From the IMG/VR virus record IMGVR_UViG_3300010316_000005, positions 64,001-128,000 of that record: a stretch of 64,000 nucleotides of DNA. One strand, given 5' to 3'. The notes under the pieces were generated by a model, which worked only from the letters and a program-made list of their open reading frames with translations, had not been told where the DNA came from and ran no database searches. Origin of the DNA: a virus. The position numbers and the translations under genes are program-made. Positions 16,977 to 26,535 of this stretch are shown here, piece by piece. Positions within the stretch are counted from its first letter, which is position 1. Every line of letters begins with the position of its first letter.

Positions 16977-17274
16977 GAAGAAACAACCCCCCCAGGAAGC
17001 AGACGCTTGGGAAGACGATATCCTTAAAGATGTTGAAATCAAGGCTATACCATTTGAGTATATCAAAGATATCAATATTGTTTTTAGCAGTGGCGAAGAG
17101 TTGAACATTAAGATTGATCAATCAGAGCCATATGAGGACATTGAAGACTATCTCGAACAAATAATGGAAGAACGTGAAGACGAGATAGACGGGGTTGATT
17201 TCAATTTAAATACAACTAAAGTAAAAAAAGATATGGCCAAGCTAACTAAAAGATTTCTCAAAAAAAGAAAATGA
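16960..17274 (+). CDS. Acidic hypothetical protein
   Basis: 104-aa ORF. Confidence 0.65.
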   Translation: MTKSPKKKQPPQEADAWEDDILKDVEIKAIPFEYIKDINIVFSSGEELNIKIDQSEPYEDIEDYLEQIMEEREDEIDGVDFNLNTTKVKKDMAKLTKRFLKKRK

Positions 17275-17290
17275 GATATCTTTTAAAAGG

Positions 17291-17298
17291 CATAAATA
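17291..17298 (+). promoter_or_regulatory. Late-promoter-like CATAAATA
   Basis: Motif before the structural-looking gene at 17330. Confidence 0.55.
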
Positions 17299-17329
17299 CT
17301 TATAACAACGAATTCTAGGAGTTATAAGT

Positions 17330-18463
17330 ATGCCATTACGTCTGAGACGCGGAACCGATGCAGTTCGTCAAACGATTACCCCAGCTGAGGGCGAATTAAT
17401 TTATGTTACCGATACCGTAGAAGTATGGGTAGGTGATGGTGCTACGCCGGGTGGGATATTTGTAACCGGCGAAGTACCTCGATTCATTGACGATTTAAAC
17501 GATGTTGATACCTCAATTGGTGTTAGTGTAAACGATTTTCTTGCATGGGACGGCGTAAACTTTATACCAATCAACATCTTTGGTGTAGCGAACAATGAAA
17601 CATTTCAACTCAACATCGAAGATAATAATAACAACTTAGTAGTTGATTTTGCCAGTTCGAGCCACTACGGTACATTTATAGGTGTCCTACAAGGTGACGT
17701 AGTAGGATCAGTCTTTTCAGATAATTCAACAAGAATTATCAACGGAGAAACAGGATCAATCGAAGCATCGATTATTGAGCCGCCAGGTAACCTTAACATC
17801 AACAGTTCGCTAGGCGGACAAACTCGAGTAGAAATTAACAGCCAAGACAACCGCTCTATTCTTAAATTAACTAGAAACACTGCGTCTGATCTAACCGGTG
17901 ACCTTGTGTCACAGTACGGTGCTATTCACTTTGAAAGAGATGATATAAATGGACCATTGGTTACTGGAGTAATTTTTGGTAGAGAAGATTCGATTGTATT
18001 CGGAAACAGCGCAGATGGAGTATTAGCGACTGAAGACAAATATTTTGTCTGGAAGAATAACAAGTTTGGCATCGGCGTTGGTGCACCAACAGAAGCACTA
18101 GATGTAGCAGGTAACGCAAATATTTCAGGTACGTTAGTAGCGGCGGCATTACAAGGCACACTAACACTAGACGATTCAACTATTGTTATTGACGGAATTA
18201 CTGGTAATATTACATCGCCGGGAATTGTATCAGGTGCATCATTGCAAGGTACGCTAACACTAGACGATTCAACTATTGTTATTGACGGTATTGACGGTAG
18301 CATTATTGCTCCGAGTTATGTACAGTTTGGTAGCTTTACAACAACCGAACGTAACTTGCTAGTAGCAGCAAATGGCATGGTAGTTTACAACACTACAACT
18401 AATAAGTTTAACGGTTATCAGAATGGTGCGTGGATCAATATAGACGACGGTTCGGCGGCATAA
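17330..18463 (+). CDS. Virion structural / fibre-type protein
   Basis: N-terminal LRLRRGT...PAEGELIYVTDT...VGDG (fibre/Mtd-N-like), GIGVGAPTEALDVAG, C-terminal GMVVYNTTTNKFNGY. Confidence 0.7.
   Translation: MPLRLRRGTDAVRQTITPAEGELIYVTDTVEVWVGDGATPGGIFVTGEVPRFIDDLNDVDTSIGVSVNDFLAWDGVNFIPINIFGVANNETFQLNIEDNNNNLVVDFASSSHYGTFIGVLQGDVVGSVFSDNSTRIINGETGSIEASIIEPPGNLNINSSLGGQTRVEINSQDNRSILKLTRNTASDLTGDLVSQYGAIHFERDDINGPLVTGVIFGREDSIVFGNSADGVLATEDKYFVWKNNKFGIGVGAPTEALDVAGNANISGTLVAAALQGTLTLDDSTIVIDGITGNITSPGIVSGASLQGTLTLDDSTIVIDGIDGSIIAPSYVQFGSFTTTERNLLVAANGMVVYNTTTNKFNGYQNGAWINIDDGSAA
18161..18288 (+). repeat. Intragenic direct repeat (35 bp identical, 93-bp period)
   Basis: CTAACACTAGACGATTCAACTATTGTTATTGACGG at 18161 and 18254; LQGTLTLDDSTIVIDGI occurs twice. 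Confidence 0.9.
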
Positions 18464-18484
18464 TAAAATAAAGGAAATATTCTT

Positions 18485-18970
18485 CTGTCACTTATAATTA
18501 AAAAAATTGGTGAGGTTGATTTAGACTTATTAAAGTCAGAACTTTCAGTATTATTAGAAAGCACTGACTCTAGTCCTCAACAAACTAGTTTTCAAGGATT
18601 TGCCGAAGGCGACTTTAACGGCGCAAATGGAAAAACAACAGAGCTTGCTGGCAGCGAGACTGACTGTACAGCAATACTATTTCCAGACAGCTATGATTAT
18701 TTGTATTCATTAATAGATGAATACAAAATGTATCGTACTAGATTAATGCTATTGCCAGATAAAAGAAACTATAGCTGGCATTTAGATTACTCTGCCAGAC
18801 TACATATTCCCCTTATCACTAACGAAAGTTGTTTCTTCATTATAGAAGAACAGAAGTATTATCTGCCCGCAGACGGAAGTGTGTATTGGGTAGATACTAC
18901 TAAGTGGCATACGTTTGTTAATGCTAATAGAAATGAATTTATGCGTTCTCACATTGTAGGATGTATATAA
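18485..18970 (+). CDS. Asp/Asn beta-hydroxylase-like 2OG-Fe(II) oxygenase with probable CTG start
   Basis: WHLD...RLHIPL...WHTFVN...RSH; frame open back to 18467; N-terminal IKKIGEVDLD matches the paralog's IKRIGEIDLD. Confidence 0.7.
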   Translation: MSLIIKKIGEVDLDLLKSELSVLLESTDSSPQQTSFQGFAEGDFNGANGKTTELAGSETDCTAILFPDSYDYLYSLIDEYKMYRTRLMLLPDKRNYSWHLDYSARLHIPLITNESCFFIIEEQKYYLPADGSVYWVDTTKWHTFVNANRNEFMRSHIVGCI

Positions 18971-19476
18971 TGTGGCCAATAAAAAGAATAGGCGAAATTG
19001 ATTTAGATCGATTAATGGACGAGATCGGTCATATTGAAAAGCCTAAAGAAGGACCTAGACAATACCCCTTTCAAAAAAAGGAAGGCATAGAAGCAGAAGC
19101 TGCCAAAGGCACAAACTTTGTACTAAGAACAGACGAGTTTGATTTTAACACCCTAATACATCCAAAATTTAAATACATAAATTCAATTATCAACAAGTAC
19201 GATATGTTCAGAACTCGTAAAATGTGGATGCACGAAAAGTTCGTGTATGCGTGGCACGTTGATAATAGTCCAAGAATCCATATACCGTTATACACTAACG
19301 AGAATTGTATGTGGATTATTGAAGAGTGTGTTTATAGAATCCCAGCAGATGGCGGAGTATATCTTGTAGATACTACTGTGCCTCATACGTTTTTAAATGC
19401 TAACGCTGATCCGTTTTTGAGAACTCACATAGTAGGAGCAACTACTATACCGATATCACAGGATCGTTCTTCATAG
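18961..19476 (+). CDS. Asp/Asn beta-hydroxylase-like 2OG-Fe(II) oxygenase
   Basis: WHVD...RIHIPL...PHTFLN...RTHIV; start 18961 or 18970. Confidence 0.75.
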   Translation: MYIMWPIKRIGEIDLDRLMDEIGHIEKPKEGPRQYPFQKKEGIEAEAAKGTNFVLRTDEFDFNTLIHPKFKYINSIINKYDMFRTRKMWMHEKFVYAWHVDNSPRIHIPLYTNENCMWIIEECVYRIPADGGVYLVDTTVPHTFLNANADPFLRTHIVGATTIPISQDRSS

Positions 19477-19897
19477 GATCACCGACTGTCATTCCGGGCC
19501 TTCGGTGATCGTTTCTGACTACTTGTAATATCACATTGCTCGATAAAATGTATTCAAATAGCTCTGCTTTTTCTTGTTCAGATAATGTTTGTTCTTTGCG
19601 CGTGTATGGTTTGTCAAAGTTGCTTAAAAAATACGTTTCGTCTACTTTAGAATCAAATTCTTGTCGTGCTGCTTTTGAATCCCATATTTGATATAGCGTA
19701 AATTTGTTGCCGTCGATTACTTTAGCACGGATAATAAGTTTGCCGGTGTCTCTTGCGTGTCTGTACGCAGTACCGTAATTTTTCCAAAAGTTTTCGTCGG
19801 GCAATAAGCTTTGAAACCTTTTAGATTTGTTTGTTAAATAATCCTGGAAGAAATCGCCGTGTTCAGTTTCAAACGTCGTTAGCCAATATTCTTTCAT
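19445..19897 (-). CDS. Hypothetical protein
   Basis: 150-aa ORF at the end of the minus-strand operon. Confidence 0.65.
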   Translation of the reverse strand: MKEYWLTTFETEHGDFFQDYLTNKSKRFQSLLPDENFWKNYGTAYRHARDTGKLIIRAKVIDGNKFTLYQIWDSKAARQEFDSKVDETYFLSNFDKPYTRKEQTLSEQEKAELFEYILSSNVILQVVRNDHRRPGMTVGDPMKNDPVISV

Positions 19898-21233
19898 TTT
19901 CTTTTTCCAATTTACGGAGTATGAGCGTCTCTTGCTGTGCTATACGCTTATCTCCTTTTAACCCGATTTCTTGCGACAGTTCAGTAACTTGCTTCCAACG
20001 TTCGTACCGCTTTGCGTATGTTAGTTCTCCGTCTTTTGTCCAACTGCGCCATAATTGAACATCTCCATGCCAACGTTCTTTATCTTCGTATATTTCTGTG
20101 TCGGGCATTAGCATCGCTATATTAGTACGAACCTCAACATAATTTTTGTAAGGCTCAGACTTACGCAACAGCTCTAGTGTATCTTCAAAGTCTTCTTCTG
20201 TTTCTGTAGGATATCCTACAATAAGCAAATACAACATATCGATCTTGCGCTTTCCTAATGCTTCGATGCTAGTATACATATCAGTGTTATTAAACTTTTT
20301 CTTCATATGCCAGCGGACGTTTTCACTGCCACTTTCAATTCCAATCCACAAGCCTTTACAACCGCTTGCTGCTACGTTATCCCAATCTTCATCAGTCATT
20401 CCGCTACGGAAAATAAACTGGCCTCTCCATTCAATTGGCAGATTTGCCTTAGCAAGTGCTTTACAGAATACCCTAAACTCTTTCATTGACCCGTTAACTA
20501 AGCTATCACTGAAGTGAAATTTGTTAACTCCGTAGGTGTGATACTGGTGTATCATTTCGTTAGCAACATCAGTGCCTGGCCTAAATTTGTACTTCTTCCA
20601 ATTAGCGTGTACGTCACAGAACGTACACTGTCTTACACAGCCTCTTGACCCTGTAACAATAAGCGTAGGTTTGCTGTATAAGCTAAAGTCAATGTCGCTA
20701 TAATCAGGTATTGGCATATTTGATAAATCATCCATTTGAGGGAATCGATGTGGCTCGCCTCGTATCAGCGCAGGTAATGATCTATCTCCTTCTCCAGATA
20801 GTGCGTGGTCTGCTAATCCATCATTAATCATTTGTTGACCAAAGTTTATTTGGAGTACCTTCAAGTCACTATGATTATTAGTAAGTCCTGACCCGCCTAA
20901 TACAATTTTAGCGTCTGACATTTCTCGAATGACACTAAGAAACAACTTAGTAAATATTTGACTGTTGAGCGTAAACACACTACATCCGATCCATTCATAA
21001 TCAACTAACTGCTTACAGTATTCTTTGATAAACTCACCGTATGCCGGAAGATAGTTGTCTCCCGTTTCGCACCATGCCACTGCGTCATCGCCAAACTCTG
21101 TAAGAAATGCATGATTTAAATCATAGCAAGTACTATCAATACCTTCACGATTTAGTACTCCTTTTAGGAATACAATGCTAGGGGCAGGATGCCAATAGTT
21201 TTGACTCGGCATTGAAAGTAATGCTATACTCAT
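19869..21233 (-). CDS. B12-binding-domain radical SAM protein
   Basis: N-terminal B12-binding-like segment (IVLGG, SGEGD), SRGCVRQCTFC, IGIESGS, IVGYPTET; start at 21233 by ATGA coupling. Confidence 0.85.
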   Translation of the reverse strand: MSIALLSMPSQNYWHPAPSIVFLKGVLNREGIDSTCYDLNHAFLTEFGDDAVAWCETGDNYLPAYGEFIKEYCKQLVDYEWIGCSVFTLNSQIFTKLFLSVIREMSDAKIVLGGSGLTNNHSDLKVLQINFGQQMINDGLADHALSGEGDRSLPALIRGEPHRFPQMDDLSNMPIPDYSDIDFSLYSKPTLIVTGSRGCVRQCTFCDVHANWKKYKFRPGTDVANEMIHQYHTYGVNKFHFSDSLVNGSMKEFRVFCKALAKANLPIEWRGQFIFRSGMTDEDWDNVAASGCKGLWIGIESGSENVRWHMKKKFNNTDMYTSIEALGKRKIDMLYLLIVGYPTETEEDFEDTLELLRKSEPYKNYVEVRTNIAMLMPDTEIYEDKERWHGDVQLWRSWTKDGELTYAKRYERWKQVTELSQEIGLKGDKRIAQQETLILRKLEKENERILANDV

Positions 21234-22018
21234 ATTGTCTGCCAAGGTTGCAACAAAGTTTTTCTCCACAATAGTCGTTCTCTGGAATCTTTAATTGTGC
21301 CGCGATAATGTAAGTTAACCCAGTTATCTAGTATTAGCAAATCACCGTTGTTCCAGTTATGCCGATGTAAGTATTTATACGTCATCATAGAGTTAAACCA
21401 ACTAGAAATTTCATCGTCTAATACCAAATCTCTGTTAGGCTTTTGTATTGCCATAGTAAAACTAAATCTAGGAGCAGGTACACCTTCGTCTGGCGCTAGA
21501 CCAAACACCTTGCTATCTACTCTCATTGCGCCCCAATAAAAGCTTTCTTTTCCTGTTATAGGATGTGTTTTAATAAAACTGCTCCAGAATGGTTGACATC
21601 CGTTCTTATAATCTTGTGTTAGAACTTGCAAGCTACGCAAGTACTCTTTAGTATCGTCGGGCTGATCTTCAAACCATTTTGTTATATTAAGAAAGTATAT
21701 CTCACCATCATTAGGATCTGGTATATCTACTGCGTAGAAAGCTCTTAACGGAAATCTGTATTTTTCGTGCCACGGGTTATCGGCGTGCCAGGGTATACTC
21801 ATACTGCCAAATCTTGTCTTGCTAGACCAGTCGACTACTTGGTCTTCGTTTAAAGTTTCGGTGTGAATCTTGTGAATTTCAGCCGACCAAGGTGTTGTTA
21901 CACTAGAGCAGAATTCAAAAAACTCTTGCTTGGTTAGATTAACGTTAGCCTGGTGCCAGAACCCTTTTTCGCGGGCAATATCAACTATTTCTTGTGGTGT
22001 ATTTAAAATATGGGTCAA
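21230..22018 (-). CDS. TauD/TfdA-family 2OG-Fe(II) dioxygenase
   Basis: WHAD, HPITGK, HNWNNGDLLILDNWVNLHYR; TTG start after GAGGAGG. Confidence 0.8.
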   Translation of the reverse strand: MTHILNTPQEIVDIAREKGFWHQANVNLTKQEFFEFCSSVTTPWSAEIHKIHTETLNEDQVVDWSSKTRFGSMSIPWHADNPWHEKYRFPLRAFYAVDIPDPNDGEIYFLNITKWFEDQPDDTKEYLRSLQVLTQDYKNGCQPFWSSFIKTHPITGKESFYWGAMRVDSKVFGLAPDEGVPAPRFSFTMAIQKPNRDLVLDDEISSWFNSMMTYKYLHRHNWNNGDLLILDNWVNLHYRGTIKDSRERLLWRKTLLQPWQTI

Positions 22019-22655
22019 CCCATTCCTCCTCGATCCAGTCTGGCCTGCTTACTTTCATTTCGAATAAACTTTCTTCGATTAATTTTTTATATGCGTTAGT
22101 ATCTTCGCCATGCCACGGGGCTCCTACGCATAGTGTAATCTTTTCTTCTTTGCCGGGATCTAAGCTATGTGGATGACTGCCATCTAATACATAGCTGTTA
22201 TACAAACTAGGCACATATACCTTTTTACCGTTGCGGTCTAGGAAGTACAGCTTGTCTATTTCTCCTGCTAGCGCAATCCTAAATTTGTGCTGTCTAGTGC
22301 CTACTTCGTTAGCGTTAGTATCAAGATGCGTGTTCAGCCCATGACCAGCTTGTGTGCGCAGTACATTAAGTCTCCCGGCTGGCATCATCCAGCTGAATAT
22401 CTTCTCTTCAAATATCTTTATGCTGTTAGTTAGGTACGGCTCGGCATCAGTGTACTTAAATTTACCCGAGGTAGTATCACCTGTTTCTTCGCGTTGCCCT
22501 CTAACGCCGCCACCGTTATAGATAGGCAATATTCGGCAACCTCTGAAACTGTTGTCTTGGTAAAGTTCAAAAGGGACAGATAATACTTCATTTAATATAG
22601 TATCTTTATCTTGCTGAGTTAGACCTATATCAATTGCGCAAAATGTAAAGTCCAT
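21981..22655 (-). CDS. Putative 2OG-Fe(II) oxygenase-fold protein
   Basis: THLD...HKFRI...DGSHPHSL (HxD...H). Confidence 0.55.
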   Translation of the reverse strand: MDFTFCAIDIGLTQQDKDTILNEVLSVPFELYQDNSFRGCRILPIYNGGGVRGQREETGDTTSGKFKYTDAEPYLTNSIKIFEEKIFSWMMPAGRLNVLRTQAGHGLNTHLDTNANEVGTRQHKFRIALAGEIDKLYFLDRNGKKVYVPSLYNSYVLDGSHPHSLDPGKEEKITLCVGAPWHGEDTNAYKKLIEESLFEMKVSRPDWIEEEWVDPYFKYTTRNS

Positions 22656-23288
22656 CTACCATTTCCTTTCAACTGATTCCCACGGAACTGGGTCATCAAA
22701 TAGCTGAAATCTATTTCCGCTCTGATAAGTTTCTACTAATTTATGCCAAGGAACAACTGTCATATGTGTTTTTAGTATAAGTCTCTCTGTGGGCTCATCA
22801 TTAAAAACAGCATGTGGTCTGTTTACATTCAAGAAACAAGGATTGATGTATTCGTGTCTTGTAATTTCTGTTTTGTTATCTTGGAATAGTGCTATTTCAG
22901 TTTTTCCCTTTAAAGGAATGTTAAACGCCGATAGAGCAAGCAAGTTGTAGTTTACGTGTGGCATAAAGTATCCACCCGGTGGTTGACCTAAAAATGTAAA
23001 TTTGATAACATGTTTTATTTGTTCCCAATTAATATAAACATCACTTTTTTCGGCAATGTTTTTTACTCTAGCATATACTTCACGCCAAAGATTCATATTA
23101 CAATCGTAACATAAATGGTGTACTATTTGATCGTCTTGATCTCTTTTTAGAACATCGTGAGAATTATCAAATTTAGATCGTACCTTTGTTTCGTAAAATT
23201 CTAACAGTTCAGCTTTATCTGCTTCAAAACCATTATATCCCTGTGTTTCAGCAAAACGATCTTCAAATCTATAACGTAATTGCTTCAT
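22656..23288 (-). CDS. Putative 2OG-Fe(II)/cupin-fold protein
   Basis: MPHVN...FNIPL...NVNRPHAVFN...ERLIL. Confidence 0.5.
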   Translation of the reverse strand: MKQLRYRFEDRFAETQGYNGFEADKAELLEFYETKVRSKFDNSHDVLKRDQDDQIVHHLCYDCNMNLWREVYARVKNIAEKSDVYINWEQIKHVIKFTFLGQPPGGYFMPHVNYNLLALSAFNIPLKGKTEIALFQDNKTEITRHEYINPCFLNVNRPHAVFNDEPTERLILKTHMTVVPWHKLVETYQSGNRFQLFDDPVPWESVERKW

Positions 23289-24134
23289 TTAAAATATCCT
23301 TCTATAATCAAAAGAAAGTCTGTATAACAACCTGTCTCCTTCGACGGCATTGCGCTTATGAATACTATGAAACTGATCCATGAATACAAAGTCACCAGTT
23401 TGCCAATCGTTGTGATGATATATATATTTTTCCTGAAATACGTGTTTCATCAAATAGTCACGCAACCAAGTTTCATCTAATAATACTCCATCTCGCCTTG
23501 ACATTTGCTGGATGTAATGAAAAACAAAATACAAGCCTCTTTCCTTAGTCCAAGGATGCGTATACACCAACGGCTTTGTTACGCCGTCTACAAAAGCAGG
23601 ATGCTGTTCGAAAATTTGCAGTTCTCTGTCATCTTCATCTAAATCATAGAAGGATCCGTTTTTGAACTTAAACAAGCACTCAACTTGATCTACTATCTCC
23701 TTTATATCAGTAGGAAGATCAGTGTATGCGCGGCGAGTATCACAGAAGCTAGTTATGCTGCCTGTACCCGGCTTTACACAATACAGTGCTACACAGGCTT
23801 CTTTGCCACTAGGGCGACCGTTTCCGTTAGAGTGCCAGTCTAACTCTTTGTCAGCAAACAATCCTGTCTTTTCACCATCCTTGCGCTCATTGGTTACCCT
23901 AAACAATCCGGGATATTCCGGATGCATAAAGAATTGATCCGGCTTCATACAATGCCCAATAGCTTCGCAAACTTCTAGCACTTTGCTTTCATGAAGCTTC
24001 TGGTTACGTACTAATATTACATTATCAACTGGAATATGTCTACCAAATTCTTGTAGTTCATCTGTTGACATTGCATTAAAATCAACATCGTATTCTACGC
24101 CAACGCCTGGCAAATCTCTAACTTTTTTCATCAT
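23289..24134 (-). CDS. TauD/TfdA-family dioxygenase
   Basis: LDWHSNG, TSFCDTRRAY, THPWT, WQTGDFVFMDQFHSIHKR. Confidence 0.8.
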   Translation of the reverse strand: MMKKVRDLPGVGVEYDVDFNAMSTDELQEFGRHIPVDNVILVRNQKLHESKVLEVCEAIGHCMKPDQFFMHPEYPGLFRVTNERKDGEKTGLFADKELDWHSNGNGRPSGKEACVALYCVKPGTGSITSFCDTRRAYTDLPTDIKEIVDQVECLFKFKNGSFYDLDEDDRELQIFEQHPAFVDGVTKPLVYTHPWTKERGLYFVFHYIQQMSRRDGVLLDETWLRDYLMKHVFQEKYIYHHNDWQTGDFVFMDQFHSIHKRNAVEGDRLLYRLSFDYRRIF

Positions 24135-24793
24135 AGCTTAATCTGATCCTGTAAATCTGTTCTTAAATTGTCAAAGTGAAATCCAAGTATAGCAACGCGG
24201 CGGATTGCTTTGTCGTCGTTAACTACTGTATGATTCCAGCCCGTATTAACAAACCAAAGTTCTTTTGGTTTCATTTTAAACTCGTGTACACCTTCTTTAT
24301 CTCTAAAAAGAAAGGTACTGTTATTTTCATTTAAGCAAATTTGTGCTCTGCATATAACACTAGTGTCAGCGTCGATGTGCCAGTTAAGTTTATGATCTGG
24401 TTGCATTTCACTTAGTCTAAATCTGTACACATCGCTAAAGAAGCTTTTCATTTCTTCTTGTACTATTTCGGAGTTTGCTGCCCACTTTGAATACAAATAC
24501 TCATCCATATTATTTTGATTTATCGCAGGGTTAGTTTGCATAATTACTTGTCTATACGATTGACCTACGTTAAATACCTTTTCGTAATCGCAGCCTCGAC
24601 TGATAGCGTAATCGTCGCCACCTATATCGCTTTGTTGATTGTTATCTAAAAACTTGTTTAGGTAATCAAACACTTCGTCTGACACTTCTCCGAGCTTAGA
24701 AAAGACCTGTAGCTTGTTGCGCCTCGGGCCAGTGCCTCCGACTCTTGTTCTTTTTGTTTGCTCTACTAAACATACTTTGTCTTCATTACTCAT
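24131..24793 (-). CDS. Asp/Asn beta-hydroxylase-like oxygenase
   Basis: WHIDAD...WFVNTGWNHTVVN...RR; start at 24793 by ATGA coupling. Confidence 0.7.
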   Translation of the reverse strand: MSNEDKVCLVEQTKRTRVGGTGPRRNKLQVFSKLGEVSDEVFDYLNKFLDNNQQSDIGGDDYAISRGCDYEKVFNVGQSYRQVIMQTNPAINQNNMDEYLYSKWAANSEIVQEEMKSFFSDVYRFRLSEMQPDHKLNWHIDADTSVICRAQICLNENNSTFLFRDKEGVHEFKMKPKELWFVNTGWNHTVVNDDKAIRRVAILGFHFDNLRTDLQDQIKL

Positions 24794-25341
24794 AATTTCT
24801 TCCAATCGCTTATGGGCATACTGTTTAACTCTAATTCTTTACCATTGTAGATTACATTCTGCCAGCAATTTTTATCCCCAGGGGTCGCGCAAGTCTGTAT
24901 CATTTCTGGATGAAGAATCCATTCGCCTTCTAATTTTTGTGCATATCTTGCTAACGAATTGCGTCTCTTTAAGTCTTGCATAGATATAAAAACTGTCTTG
25001 TACTGTTGTATATATTCTAACTGTCGTGGCAGAATATACAAACTTGGACTGAACCTTTTGTCGTGTGCCGGTAACGTAAATCTTCTATAGTCGGGATATA
25101 TGTAAGTTCGCGTTAGCAGTCTATAACAACCTTCGTAAAATTCCTGTATAGTAGCAAACGCTGCTAATTTATCGTTGTCAAGTAAAAAGAACCATTCAGC
25201 AAACTTTGTATTGTAGCACTTTTCTAAATGCGCAAACCAATCACTGTTTCGTGCATCGCCCGCGTGCTGCGCGGCATCGAGCAACTTTAATTCATTTAAA
25301 AAACGTTCCTCACCAAATTCTGATAGCGTGACTACTTTCAT
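24790..25341 (-). CDS. Putative GNAT-fold protein
   Basis: LAAFATI...RLLTRTYIYPDYRR resembles GNAT motif A. Confidence 0.45.
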   Translation of the reverse strand: MKVVTLSEFGEERFLNELKLLDAAQHAGDARNSDWFAHLEKCYNTKFAEWFFLLDNDKLAAFATIQEFYEGCYRLLTRTYIYPDYRRFTLPAHDKRFSPSLYILPRQLEYIQQYKTVFISMQDLKRRNSLARYAQKLEGEWILHPEMIQTCATPGDKNCWQNVIYNGKELELNSMPISDWKKL

Positions 25342-26051
25342 TGCTTGATTATTCCTATAAACCTAGCAGTAGGATCAAACTCGTACCACTTGCGTCCAAT
25401 GCGATAATCGCCGCCTCTATCGTGGTGATTAGCGTGCCAACCTTCTCCGGCGGTTAACATATTAGCAACCCAAGAATTGCTAGGCTTGCCATTTTTATGC
25501 CCAAGAACATTTAACAAGCTGTATCCGTGAAACGCAAACACAACAGGAACAGCGTACCCGAATATCAAAAGCAATGGATTAATCGCAGCAAGAATTAGAA
25601 TGATTGCAATATTCAGCTTAAAGTAATGCTGATAGAACCAACGAAGTAATTTGTCTCTTAATAAGCTCTTTATAAATTTACGTTCTATGTGGGCAGTATA
25701 TCCCCAAGTGTTAAAATAGACTGTTAACAGTCCTTTTATAGCAAACGAGTGAGGGTCTTTATCAGTATCGCTATATGCGTGATGCTGTAGATGGGTTCCT
25801 GCCCAGGTTAACACGGGGCCAGCGCCGCTGAACATTCCTAGAATGTTAACAACGTAGGGATACCATCTTCCTGTTTTAAAACTTCTATGACTATAGTATC
25901 TGTGATAGCCGCCGCTTATTGATACAATGGCAATTACATACCACCATAACAGAGCAGCAATAAACATCCACCATTCTCCGTACATAAAAGCAGGGATCAA
26001 CATTAGATGACAAAATATGTGATTTAGCAGTAGTTTAGAGGTATTGTTCAT
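25338..26051 (-). CDS. Membrane fatty-acid (delta-9-type) desaturase
   Basis: His boxes HRYYSH, HLQHH and HANHH; GEGWH; DKDPHS; hydrophobic helices. Confidence 0.9.
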   Translation of the reverse strand: MNNTSKLLLNHIFCHLMLIPAFMYGEWWMFIAALLWWYVIAIVSISGGYHRYYSHRSFKTGRWYPYVVNILGMFSGAGPVLTWAGTHLQHHAYSDTDKDPHSFAIKGLLTVYFNTWGYTAHIERKFIKSLLRDKLLRWFYQHYFKLNIAIILILAAINPLLLIFGYAVPVVFAFHGYSLLNVLGHKNGKPSNSWVANMLTAGEGWHANHHDRGGDYRIGRKWYEFDPTARFIGIIKQ

Positions 26052-26535
26052 TTACTAATCCTAAGATTTGGTCTACTGCGTTTTCTACAGCGATATAATC
26101 TTCAAGGTTTGGATATTTCTGTAATATTTTGTCAGTACCTACATATCCAAAGCTTATGTACTTTATGCGTACTGTCTTATTTAGTTTAGCTAAGTCATCG
26201 GAGAGCATCTTCAAGGTTTTCTTATACATTTGGTATTCTAGCAGGTGTTGATAATCATCAGGAAGATTTTCAGTACGCTCTGCTATCCTGCTTCCTATAT
26301 TGATTATAGTTTTATTTGTATTTTGATATTTTTTAAAAAAGTCCAGCAGCAATAATGTTTGGCCAATACTGCAATATGCGTTATTAATCAAAATATCAGG
26401 TTCAGTTGAAAGTAACTTTTTTCGGTCAAGGCGGTGTTGAATATTATACCCGTTGGCTCTACTAAACCCGTTGCACTTGATGCGGTCGTAAATGCATTTT
26501 CCAATTCCGCTAGTATGGCCTGTGACTGCAATCAT
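26035..26535 (-). CDS. Short-chain dehydrogenase/reductase-like protein (compact)
   Basis: TGHTSGIG, LINNA, INIGS, YxxxK (YQMYK). Confidence 0.75.
   Translation of the reverse strand: MIAVTGHTSGIGKCIYDRIKCNGFSRANGYNIQHRLDRKKLLSTEPDILINNAYCSIGQTLLLLDFFKKYQNTNKTIINIGSRIAERTENLPDDYQHLLEYQMYKKTLKMLSDDLAKLNKTVRIKYISFGYVGTDKILQKYPNLEDYIAVENAVDQILGLVNEQYL

Noticed and set aside
18146-18292. CRISPR-like or DGR template/variable repeat
   Set aside because: There are only two in-frame copies inside a CDS, no adenine-specific variation, and no cas or reverse transcriptase gene in the window.
19445-19476. Convergent 3' overlaps (also 2822-2841 and 39208-39240) as antisense regulation
   Set aside because: Short tail-to-tail overlaps are common in compact phage genomes and there is no further evidence.
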